DNA of 64,000 bases, taken from NCBI RefSeq assembly GCF_009914755.1, contig NC_060935.1; one strand, written 5' to 3'. Under the pieces are notes generated by a model. The model had not been told where the DNA came from. It did no database searches and saw only the letters and a program-made list of their open reading frames with translations. Positions 40,201-52,449 of this stretch are shown here, one piece after another (the stretch's first letter is position 1; every line of letters begins with the position of its first letter). The position numbers and the translations under genes were made by a program. Source of the stretch: the human T2T-CHM13v2.0 reference genome, Homo sapiens.

Positions 40201-43200
40201 TATATAGGTTTTCTATGCACTTTCCTATCTCTTCTCCCTCTGGAACTCCCAAAATGTGAATATTTGTTGCATAAGGGTGTTCTATATGTCATGTAGGCCT
40301 TCTTTATTCTTTTTTCTTTGTCAAATTGGGTTATTTCAAAAGAACTGTGAGTTCAGAAATTTTTTTCTGCTTGATGTGATATATTGTTGAAGCTATCCAT
40401 TGTATTTTTCATTTTATTCATTGAATTCTTCAGCTCCAAAATTCTGCTTGGTTTTTTAAAAATTATATACATCTCGATTGGATTTCTCATTCAGATCATG
40501 AGTTGTTTTCATGTTTTTTTTTTTGCATTATCTACCTGTGTTCTCATATCTCACTAAGTTTCCTTAGGATTATTATTTTGAATTCCTTTCCAGGCATTTC
40601 ATAGATTTTCTTTTCTTTGGGGTCTGTTACTGGAGAATTATGTTCCTTTGGAGGTGTCATATTCCTTGAATTTTCATTTTTTTGTGTGTCCTTATGTTGA
40701 CATCTGCACATATAGTGTAACAGTCACTTCTTCCAATTTGATGGAGTAGCTTTTGTAGGAAAAGATGTTTTCCCATAGATGTATCTATAGTGTTGGTTGG
40801 TTGGGGCACTTTGGTTTTGGTTCTGGGTGAACACAGTAGTATAGTCTTTGTATGATTTCTTTGGCTGTATCCAACATCAGTGGTGTCTGCGAGCTCCTCA
40901 GTGGCTTAGTCTGTGTTTGTGGAAGCCATCAGGTAATTTTTCTGGGGTTGGGGCCCCTGGGCAGGCTTATCCTTTCATCCTGGGTGGGGCACACGTGGGC
41001 ATATAGTAGCCCTGACACTGCAGGGGGCAGGATCACTGCTAGCAGTGGTAGCTCCAGGCAAGTGGCTCTCGGGTTCTGAGGAGCCCATGCTTTGCCTTCC
41101 TATATCCTGTGGGCAGCTTCCCTGATGTGCTGGACCACCTGTTACCCAGGATGTAGGGCACTGAATGGGCTTAGACGCCAGCAACACAAATTCACCACTG
41201 GGTCCAGCTAGTGTCATAATGCTGCAGCTCTTTGGATGAGTGATAGGGTGGATATCATTGGTGTCCCAGTGGTGTGGAGAGGCAGGGGGCTATTGGGGCT
41301 CAGGTCAAGATGAAGTTTGGTGGTGGCTCAGCTCTTAAAATTGTACCATACTGTAGCAGCCTGGGTCCCAAAGGGTGAGGGGCACCTGATGTAGATTCCC
41401 ACTCTGGGGCAATGCAGTCATGTGGAGTCCGGGAAGCTCCCTATATCAGGCTCAGGGCCTGTGAGGGCTGTGGCGCTCTCCTGTAGTCAGGATTTCAGGT
41501 GTCTGTGGTGGGAATGTGGACTGCTGGGGATCTCCTGCCTACCTTTTTCCTGCAATAAGGGGGCAGGGGGCTCTCAGCTCCAAGCCAGTTCTGGCTGGCT
41601 GCTTTACTTCCCATCCTATACATCTCAAGTTTCCATGCCTCAGAGTGTCTTTATCTCTTCTTTGCTGAATTCTTAGATGCTGTATTTAATGTGTGGTTAT
41701 CTATTTGTTGTTTGATCCTTCTTTGTAGAGAAGGCAAGTGTTGGGTGGTCCATCAGCCATCTTGATCTTGCTTGCTTGTTTTTTATCTTTTATCTTTTCC
41801 ACAAGGAATTGAGGGGGCTACCAGCAAAGTATACATACAACATGGTTAATAAAATAGAAACAGAAGATCCTTGTTATTTGTGACTTAAAATCCCCAATTT
41901 CAGCTCTTCTTTAATAATACTAAAGATCAGTAACTTAATTTTGAAATCTCTTAAAATTTGAGCCACTCAGCCTCAGCCCTCTATTCCCAGGAGGTAGGAG
42001 AAACTGTATACTCCATCATTAATATACTGTTGCACCCCACCACTCAAGCCAAAGCCACCCTGTAGGATAGAGCTGGTAGCCTGACCAGGGGTACAACTCC
42101 TGATCCAACTCCCCTGCCTGCCTGCACTCATAAAGTCCCATCCAAGGCTATGTTAATGTCAAAGGGGACTTTTAGGGAGAGGGGCAGGTATTTTAATAGA
42201 TTTCAATAAATTCTTTTTCTTTTACCCAACCCCTCATGTGTTTGATAGTCAAATGCAACTTCAAAATTAAAAGTTTTTAAATGACAAGTTCCTGTAGTCC
42301 CTCCTCTGAACCAGAAGATTCTGAAAGTCTCCCATCAGGGTCTGGAATTTTACCCTACTTCCAAAGTAATAAGCAAGTTTGTTAATGTGTTATGAATGTT
42401 TTTGGAAGACATGATACTCCTAGGTCTCTTTGTTATTCATAACATAGCCAGCAGCATGAGTACCATGTTGGCATCAGTTTTCCATTCCCCCAAGTCATAC
42501 AGGGCAATGCAGGGGGCCCCTGGTAGATGCTATACATGCAGTGAGTTTGCATTATTGCTGAGGGACACTGAGTTTAAGAAATCTACTGCTTTTATAATGA
42601 GTGGTAAGCAAGCCTGCTCGTTGTCCAAAGGAAGACATTACCTCATCCCTCAAGACTGCTGGCTGCAAACACAACTCTGAGAAATGATCTGGGTAAAGAG
42701 CACTCAGGGACTTGTGTTCTTGGCATATCTAGTGGAAACTTGCAGGGATGCTTAGCACCCATATCAGATCATTTCTTCCCAAACCCTCCTGTTAATAATT
42801 GAGGGTGGGATGCGTGGATGGCCAGTTTTCCCCCAGCTGCCTAGTCTCTTTGGGCTACAACCAGGAATGCAGAGGGTTTCTTGGCTCTATGTCTGCGACT
42901 TCTCTATCCCCAGCCCAGCCCTCCAGGCTGACATCTCTGACTGCTGACCTGACATCAAATAGCAATACAGTGGCTGAATTTTAAAAAACCCTGACCATGC
43001 CTGGTACCATGTCAGATCCTCTACATGTATTATTTCATTTAATCATCACAACAACCTTTGAAAGAGCATGCAGCCAACCACCCATCATTTACAGATGAGG
43101 AAACAGGCTCAGAGAAATAAGGTGACTCACTGCCTGTCAACCAGCTAGTGAGTAACGGAGCATGGATTTGGCCCACTGTCTGGCTGGCTCTAGAGTCCAT

Positions 43201-43611
43201 GTATTTTTGTCACCCTACTGTGCTTCTGCTCCTTCCTGGTCAAGAGGGAGTGGATTTTTTGTTCTTGTTTGGTAGATTTTTTTTTTTCAAATTCTTCTTC
43301 ACCAATGGCATCTTTCTCTGACCTCTAGCCTCTTTCCGTACCCAAAGGCCTGGCTTGGAGTCAGAAGGTTCTCAGTAGACCTTGAAATTAGTCTGCACAA
43401 ATGTGCATGAGGACGCTGACTGAGCAGGAGCAGCCCTCAAGGCTGAGTTCCTGGGCTTTTGGAACAGCCTGTCATAGCTTCGCTTCCTTGTGGATAGAGG
43501 AGTGACAGCAGCCATACCAGGGCTACTGAGAGCTCAAATGGTATCTTTTGCAAATTAGACAATGGGTATTCCTCCCTCAAGTCAGTTGATTGCCATTTGC
43601 TGGAAAATAGC

Positions 43612-43613
<2 letters not shown>

Positions 43614-43649
<36 letters not shown>
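43614..43649. repeat. (TA)n microsatellite
   Basis: About 18 AT units. Confidence 0.92.
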
Positions 43650-43651
<2 letters not shown>

Positions 43652-44867
43652 AGATACCTATGTACATGTCACTTCCTGCTACTAGATAGAGAATAACCTG
43701 CACAACTGTACATTGTCAGGCTAAGTCACATAGACCCGGCTGTAAATCTGGTTCTCCTATTTACTAGCTCAGTGGTCTTGGGCAGGTCATCGGGCAATCC
43801 AAGGCTCAGTTTCTGATAGAATGCAAGCAGTGTTGCCTCCCTGTCTACCTTGTTTATAATTTTGAACAGGAAAATAGGCAAGAAGTGTTGCTTAAGTCCT
43901 GGGGGAGAGTGTCTCCTCTTGGGGTAAGATGGAAGTATTAAAAATCAGAGACTGTGGCCTTGTCCCAGGGGGACATGCAGTCCTCCCTATCCAGCCACAG
44001 GTAAGATAATTGGAGTGCCTTTAAATTCTTGTGTGTTTTTCTTGTTACAGTGAAAGAGGAATTAAACTAATAATAAGGCTTATCTTCATTTTCCTCTTCT
44101 CCTTTTTCAGTGACCTAATTTTTCCATAAATTTTACCTCTTCACAACTCTGTTCCTCTTCCCATTACTCACTTGTTCTTTTTTCCTCCTATTCAAGCCTG
44201 CTTTCAGAAAATGGCTGGTAAGGCTTAATGATATTTTGGAAATTTGCCTCTAAATAACTTTAGGCCAAAAAACTGAACTTAATCAGTACATTTGGACCTC
44301 AAGGAAAGGTATTTTTGAGCCAACATCTGCAAATGACATAGAAATATTGCCAAGAAGTTAACCATCTGTTCCACCTTGAAAAGATGTGCTGCAAAGTCTT
44401 GGCACCCTGAACTATAAAGGTAATAACTAAAAAGAAATAACCTCGTGTTAGAGCAGCAAGCCCCCTCTAGTGGCCCATCATGGGAATGACCACCATTCTC
44501 CCTAGGATCTGGACTTGGAAATTCTGCTACTCCAATGCTAGCTCCAGGCATCTGCTCAATCCTTTATACACTCATAGCAATGAGACAAGACATTATTTGG
44601 GCCTTACAGTCATCCTCTGATGGCTGGAGGGCAAGAACACCAGTCTCCTTAATTGTTCAGGATCCCAGGACTCCAGGCCCAGATCAGTCTTTAGCTGGGA
44701 ACCTCTCTGGGCCTCAGATTCCTTATCTGTAAAATGAGATGAATGGTGCCTGGTATACATCTTTCACAGGACTGTTGTGAGGATCAAGTGACAATAAGGG
44801 ATAAGAGAGGTAAAGCTCTTTGAAAAGTGCATTCATAATGCACTTTTAGTAGCAACAGTGTTTCTGC

Positions 44868-45075
44868 TGTTCTATTCAACACGGTAGCCACTAGTCACAT
44901 CTGACTGCTTGAATTGAAATTAATTAAAATTAAATAAAATTTAAAACTGAGTGACTCAGTCACACTAGCCACATTTCAAGCACTCAGTAGCTACTTGTGG
45001 CTAGTGACTATCATGTAAGAGATCACAAGTCTAGAACGTTTCTGTCATCACAGAAATTTCTACTGGACAGCCCTG
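44868..45075. mobile_element. MER3/MER33-like hAT-Charlie MITE
   Basis: ggtagccactagtcacat...aattaattaaaattaaataaaattt...cactagccacatttcaagcactcagtagc...catcacagaaatttctactggacagccctg. Confidence 0.7.
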
Positions 45076-45748
45076 CAGTTTAGATAACTGATTTGAAGAA
45101 CAAGCTCTATATTCTCTAATTCATCTCTGCTCTTGAAAAAGAAAAATCTCTTATCAGCGGTTTGCAAATCTAGGAAGACACCTAGATTACAATGAACTGG
45201 GGTGGGTGTACAGTTAGGTTTACCGTGGATTCATTATGTATATATGTGTGTATACACACACACACAAACACACACACACACAGAGCACCTGTTCTGTGTC
45301 TGCCAAGCACCGTGTTAAACTCATTTTGGGCAGTTCTATCAAAAGATGGACCCGGGTTTTGAAATTCATTGCTCCATCAGGGTTCCTAGATAAAGAACTC
45401 AATGTTGCAGGGTAGTTTCACCCCCACATCAACCCCCTACCTCACCAATACACAATTGAAGTTCTTCTGTAGCTCCCATTGCCTCTGGGAAGACTTCCGG
45501 CCCTCTCCCCACTGGGTGGTGAGCCCTCCTCTTTGCTCCCATAGGCCCCTGTTCTTCCATTTGCATTGTAGCTATCATACTGTGTGGAAATTTGCCTGTT
45601 TGGTTGTTTTCTGTTAAAATGTAAGCTCTCAGAAGGTAGAGACCAGGTCTGTCTTACATTCATTTGAATTTTCAGCCTCCCTCACACAGGGCCTGGCCCA
45701 TATGCAGTAGATGCTCAAAAACTATTAGTTAATGAATGAATGAAGTAT

Positions 45749-45798
45749 ATGGATGGATGGATGGATGGATGGATGGATGGATGGATGGATGGATGGAT
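45749..45798. repeat. (GGAT)n microsatellite at the tail of an L2-like remnant
   Basis: About 12 GGAT units, preceded by tagatgctcaaaaactattagttaatgaatgaatga (L2-type 3' end). Confidence 0.9.
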
Positions 45799-46039
45799 TT
45801 CTTTGTTCCTTTATTTAGGGTCCTGTATTCCCCTGCATAAAGCCCTCAGGTATGAAACTGCTAGAGATTCTCTTTATGCTAGGCCACCACATCCTTTGAC
45901 CACATTCCTTGCTCCAATTAGGTAGTACAAGCTCAGTGAGAAAAGCAAAATTTGATTTATGTTTCTGGCAATTCAGCTGATGAAAACAACTAAAGTGCTA
46001 GATAAAAATCTGCTGCAAATATCATTTTAAAAACAAAAC

Positions 46040-46466
46040 ATTGCTAATCCATACAAAAACTTTTACACAAATGTTCATAGCAGGATTATTTATCATAGGC
46101 AAATGTGAGAATAACCCAAATGTCTCTCAACAGACGATAAACAAAATGTGGTATATTCATGCAGTGGAATACGATTCAGCAGCTAAAATGAATGAAGTAG
46201 TGACACACGGATTGATGAACCTTGAAAACAGTCTTCTAAGTGAAAGAAACTGGTCATAAAGTGCTGCATATTATATGATTTAACTTATATAAAATGTCTA
46301 GGATAGGCAAATCTACAAGGAGAGAAAATAAAGTAGTGGTTGCCTGAGGCTGAGGGAAGTGAGGTGTTACTGCTAGTGACTACAGGGTTTCTTTGGGGAG
46401 AGACAGAAATGCTCTAAAATTAAATTCTAGTGAGTTTTGCACAACTCTGTGAATATACTAAAAACT
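46040..46466 (+). mobile_element. L1MB/MC-type 3' region fragment
   Basis: acaaaaacttttacacaaatgttcatagcag...atgaaccttgaaaacagtcttctaagtgaaagaa...actctgtgaatatactaaaaac. Confidence 0.7.
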
Positions 46467-47498
46467 TGATGCCTTCTCTGATGAATTCTACCCAACATTT
46501 AAAAAAGAATTAATACCAATCCTTCACAAACTCTTCCAAAAAATGAATAAGGTGGGAACATTTCCCAACTCATCCCATGAGGCTAGTATTACCCTGATGC
46601 CAAAACCAGACCAAGACATCACAAGAAAAAAAAAAACTGCAGAACAATATCGCTTTTGAATATGGAGGCAAAAATCCTCAACAAAATACTAGGAAACTAA
46701 ATTCAGCAACCTTTAAGAAGGATTATATACCATGACTAACTGAGGTTTATTCTAGGAATGCGAGGTTGTTCAAAATTCAAAAGCAATCAATGTAATAAAC
46801 CATATCAGTAGAACAAAAGACAAAAACAGCATGATCATCTAAATACATGTAGAAAAAGCATTTGACAAAATCTAGCACCCTTTCATGAAAAATACACTAA
46901 ACAAAATCAGAATAGAAGGGAAACTTCCTCAACCTGTAAGAACTACGAAAAAAAAAAAAGTCCACAGCTAACATTGTACTTATGATGAAAGAATAAATGC
47001 TTTTTCCCTAAGATTATGGACAAGACAAGAATGATAGATCTTGCCACATCTCTTCAATATTGTATTCTAGCCAGGGCAATCAGGCAAGAATGAGAAATAA
47101 AAGACATCCAGATTGGAAAGGAAGTAAAATTATTTTTGTTCACAAATGACATGATCATGTATATAGAATATTCTAAGTAATCCACCATCACAAAAACAAA
47201 TATTAAAATTAACAAATGAGTTTAGCTAGGTGCAGGATAGAAGATAAATATACAAAGATTGATAGTATTTCTATATACCAGCAATGAATAAGCTGAAAAT
47301 GAAATTAAGAATATGATTCTATATACAATAGCATCAAGAAGAATAAACTACTTAGGAATAAATATAACAAAATAATTGTAAGATTTTTATACTGAAAACT
47401 ACAAAACATTGTTGAAAGAAATTAAATAAGGCCTAAATAAATAGGAAAATGTACTGTGTTTATGGATCCAAAGACTTAAAATTGTTAAGATGGCAATA

Positions 47499-50400
47499 CA
47501 AGGAGATATTGTGGGTTTGGTTCCAGACCACCACAATAAAGCAAATACTGCCATAAATCAAGTCACACAAATTTTTTGTTTTCTCAATGCATATAAAAGT
47601 TATGTTTGCACTCTAACCTACTAAGTGTGTAATAACATGTCTAAAAACACAACGTACATGCCTTAATTAGAAATACTTTGCTAGAAAATGTTAATTAACT
47701 GAACATGCAGCAAGCTGTATTTTTTTTGTTGGTTGAGGGTCTTGCCTTGATGTTGATGGCTGGTGACTGATCAGGGTGGTAGTTGCTCAAGATTGGAGTG
47801 TCTGTGGCATTTTCTTAAAATAAGACAACAATGAGGTTTGCTGCATTGATTGACTTCATTTCATGAAAGATTTCTCTGTAGCATGTCACGCTGTTTGACA
47901 GCATTTTACCCACAGTAGAACTTCTTTCAAAATCAAAGTCAACCCTCTCATATCCTGCCACTGCTTTATCAACTAAGTTTATATAATATTCTAAATATTT
48001 GGTTGGCATTTCAACAATTTCACAGCATTTTCACCAACAGATTCCATCTCAAGGAACCACTTTCTTTGCTTATGCATAAGAAGCAACTCATTTATCCAAG
48101 TTGTATTATGAGATTGCAGCAATTCAATCAGATCTTCAGGCTCCACTTCTAATTCCAATTCTAGTTCTCCTGCTACTTCCACTATATTTTCAGTGACTTC
48201 CTCCACCGAAGTCTTTTACTTTTTTTAGTTTCCACTTTTATTTTAGATATGAGGCTACATGTACAGTGAGTGTAGTACCCAATAGGTAGCTTTTCAACCC
48301 ACACCCCCATCTCTGCCTCTCTATTCTAGTGGTCTGCATTGTCTATTGTTCCCATGTTTATGTCCATGTGTGCTCAATGTTTACCTCTCACTTATAAGTA
48401 ATCACATGCAGTATTTGGTTTTTTCCTCTTACATTAATTCACTTAGGTTTATGGCCTTCAGCTCTACCCATGTTGCTGTGAAGGACATGATTTCATTCTT
48501 TTTATGGCTGTATAGTATTCCATGGTGTATATGTACTACATTTTTTAATCCAATCCACCATTGATGGGCACTTAGGTTGAGTCCAGGCCTTTGCTACTGT
48601 GAATAGTGTGGTGAAGAGCATATGAGTGCATATATCTTTTTGGTAGAATGATCTATTTCCCTTTGGGTATATATCCAGTAATGGGATTGCTGGGTTGAAT
48701 GGTAGCTCTATTTTAAGTTATTTGAGAAATCTCCAAGTGGCTTTTCACAGTGACTGCGCTAATTTACATTCCCACCAACAGTGTGTAAGCATTACTTTTT
48801 CTCTGCATCTTCACCAGTATGTGTTTTGACTTTTTAATGACAGCCATTCTGACTGGTGTGAGATGGTATCTCATTGGGGTGTTGATTTGCATTTCTCTGA
48901 TGATTAGCAATGATGAACACTTTTCCATGTTTTGTTAGCGGCTTGAACGTGGTCTTTTGAGAACTGTCTATTCATGTCCTTTGCCCATTTTCTAATGGGA
49001 TGATTTGGTTTTTGCTTGTTCAATTGTTTAAGTTCCTTAAAGGTTCTGGATATTAGGCCTTTGTTATATGCATAGTTTGCAAATATTTTTTCCCATTCTG
49101 TAGGTTGATAGAACAATAGTTTACTGTTAGTTATTACTCTATTGATAGTTTATTTTGCTGTGTAGAAGCTCTTTAGTTAAATTATTTCCCACTTGTCAAT
49201 ATATGTTTTTGTTGCAATCGCTTTTGAGGAAAACCAAAAATTGTTTGCCAAGGCCAGTGTTGAGAAGGGTATTTCCCAGGTTATCTTCTAGGATTTTTAT
49301 GTTTGAGATCTTACATTTAAATTGCTAATCCATCTTGAGTTAATTTTTGTATATGGTGAAAGGCAAGGATCCAGTTTCATTCTTCTGCTAGCTAGTTATC
49401 CCAGCACCATTTACTGAATAGGGTAGTCCTTTCCCCATTGCTTGTTTCTGTCAGCCTTGTAGAAGATCAGATCCTACTGAAACTATTTCATAAAACTTGA
49501 GGAGGAGGGGCTCTTCTCCAACTCCTCCCTAATCAGCCTGATACCAAAATCTGGCAGAGACAAAATGAAAATAGAAAACTTCAGACCAATATCTCTGATT
49601 AACATAGATGCAAAAATCCTCAACAAAATACCAGCAAACAGAATTCAGCAGCACCATCCAGCACTAAAAAGTTAATACACCATGATAAAGTACACTTTAT
49701 TCCAGAGATGCAAGACTGATTCAACATATGCAAATCAATAAATGTGGTTCCCCACATAAACAGAATTAAAAGCAATAACCATATGATCATCTCAATTGAT
49801 ATAGAAAAAGGTTTTGATAAAATTGAAAATGTTTTCATGATAAAAACCCTCAACAGACTAGGCACTGAAGGAACATACCACAAAATAATAGGAGCCATTT
49901 ATGACAAACCCACAGCCAACATCATACTGAATGGGCAAAAGCTGGAACCATTCCCCTTGAGAAACAAAACAAGACAAGGATGCCCACTGTCACCACTCCT
50001 ATTCAACATAGTGCTGGAAGTCTTGGTCGGAGCAATCAGGCAAGAGAAATAAATAAAAGGCATCCAAATAAGAAAAGAAGAAGTCCAACTATCTCTCTTC
50101 ACTGATGATATGATTCTATATCTAGAAACCCTAAAGACTGCCAAAAGGCTACTAGAACTGATACTTTTAGTAAGGTTTTGAGATACAAAATCGATGTACA
50201 AAAATCAGTAGCATTTCTACATACCAATAATGTCCAGGCAGAGATTCAAATCAAGATAACAACCCCATTTATAATAGCCACAAAGAATATGAAATACCTA
50301 GGAATACAGCTAACCAAGGAGGTGAAAGATCTCTATAAGGAGAGGTACAAAACACTGCTGAAAGAAATCAGAGATGACACAAGTAAATGGAAAATCATTT

Positions 50401-52449
50401 TATGCTCATGGATTGGAAAAAATCATATTAAAATGGCCATACTGCCCAAAGCAATTTACAGATTCAATGCTATTTCTATCAAACTACTAATGATATTTTT
50501 CACAGAATTAGGAAAAAACTATTCTAAAATTCATATGGAACCAAAAACAGCCCAAACAGCCAAAGCAATCCTAAGCAAAAAGAACAAAGCTGGAATCATA
50601 CTACTTGACTTCAAACTATACTGTAAGACTATAGTAACCAAAATAGCATGGTACTGGTACAAAAACAGACACATACACCAACGAAACAGAATAGAAAACT
50701 CAGAAATAAAGCTGCACACTTACATCTACTGAAGTCTTGAGCTCCTCATAGTTATTTATGAGGATTGAATGGAATCAACTTATTCCAGCTCCTGTTAATT
50801 TTGATATTTTGAACTCCTTCCATGAATCATGAATGTTCTTAATGGCACCTAGAATGGTGAATTCTTTCCAAAAGATTTTCAATTTACTTTGCTCAGAACA
50901 ATCAAAATAATCACTACCTATGGCAGTGATAGGCTTACAAAATGAATTTCTTAAATAATAAGATTTGAAAGTTGGAATTAGAACTTGATCCATGGGCAGC
51001 AGAATGGATGTTGTGTCAGCAGGCATGAGAACAACATTCCTCTCCTTGTATGTTTCCAACAGAGCTCTTGGGTGGTCAGGTGCATTGTCAATGAGCAGTA
51101 ATATTCTCAAAGAAATTTCCTTTTCTGAGCAGTAAGTCTCGACAGTAGGCTTGAAATATTCAGTAAGCTATGCTGTAAACAGATGTGCTGTCATTGAGAC
51201 TTTGTTGTTCCATTGAGAGAGCACAGATAGTCAATTTAAGATAATTCTTAAGGGTCTTAGGAGTTTTAGAATGGCAAATGAGAACTGGCTTCAACTTAAA
51301 GTCACCAGCTGCATTAGCCCCTAATAAGAGAGTCAGTCTATCCTTTGAATCTGTGAAGCCAGGCATTGACTTCTCCTCTCTAGCTATGAAAGTCCTAGAT
51401 GGCATCTTCCTCTTATAGAAGGCTGTTTTGTTTACATTGAAAATATGTTGTTTAGTGTAGATGACTTCATCAGTTATCTTAGATCTCCCGGATAACTTCT
51501 GCAGCTTCTACATCAGCACTTGCTGCTTTGCCTTGCACTTTCATGTTAGGAAGGTGGCTTCTTTCCTTAAACTTCATGAACCAACATCTGCTTGCTTCAA
51601 ATTTTTCTCCTTCAGCTTCTTCACCTCTTTCAGCCTCCACAGAATTGAAGAAAGTTAGAGCATTGCTCTGGATTAGGCTTTGGCTTAAGGGAATGCTGTG
51701 GATGATTTGATCTTCTTTCCAGACCGCTAACTTTCTCCATATCAGCAATAAGGCTGTTTTGCTTTCTTATCATTTGTGTTCACTGGAATAACACTTTTCA
51801 TTTTCTTCAAGAACTTTTCCTTTGCATTCACAACTTGGTTAACTATTTGGCACAAGAGGCCTAGCTTTCAGCCTGTCTGGGCTTTTGATATGCCTTCCTC
51901 ACTAAGCTTAATCATTTCTAGCTTTTGATTTAAAGTAAGAGATGTGTAACTTTCCCTTTCACTTGAACACTTAGAGGCCATTGTAGGCTTATTAGTTGGC
52001 CTAATTTCAATATTCTTGGAGAATATTGAAAGGAGATTGAGAGAAACAGGAGAATGGCTGGTCAGTGGAACAATCAGAACACACATAACATTTATTGGAA
52101 CCAGTTTTAACATTTAATAGATGTTATTTACACATAACATTTATTAAAGTTTGTAACCTTTAATGGACACAGTTCATGGCATCCCAAAACAATCACAATA
52201 GTAACATCAAAGATCACTGATTATAGATCACCATAACACATATAATAATGATGAAAAAATTAAAATATTGTGAAAATTACCAAAATGTGACAAAGATAGG
52301 AAGTCAGCACATGTTGGAAAAATGGCACCAATAGACTTGCTCAAAACAGGGTTGCTGCAAACCTTCAATTTGTGGCAAAAAACTGCATTCAAAAATGTAG
52401 TCTTTGCAAAGTGCAATAAAATGAAACACAAAAAAATGAGGTATGTCTG
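47499..52449 (-). mobile_element. Near full-length Tigger1 DNA transposon (decayed transposase), split by L1PA
   Basis: Ends caaggagatattgtgggtttggttccagaccacc and atgaggtatgtctg, TA TSDs at 47497-98 and 52450-51. Minus-strand transposase fragments (KQKLEMIKLSEEG-like, [47 protein letters not shown]). About 2.43 kb after removing the L1. Confidence 0.92.
48216..50724 (-). mobile_element. L1PA (older primate subfamily) with 5' inversion (twin priming)
   Basis: Antisense 3' part at 48216-49472, sense ORF2 part at 49471-50724. TSD tccaccgaagtctt (48202-48215) / tctactgaagtctt (50725-50738). Confidence 0.88.

Noticed and set aside
49744-51748. Functional L1 ORF2 or a domesticated Tigger transposase
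   Set aside because: Both are fragmented by stops and frameshifts, and the transposase is interrupted by a 2.5-kb L1.
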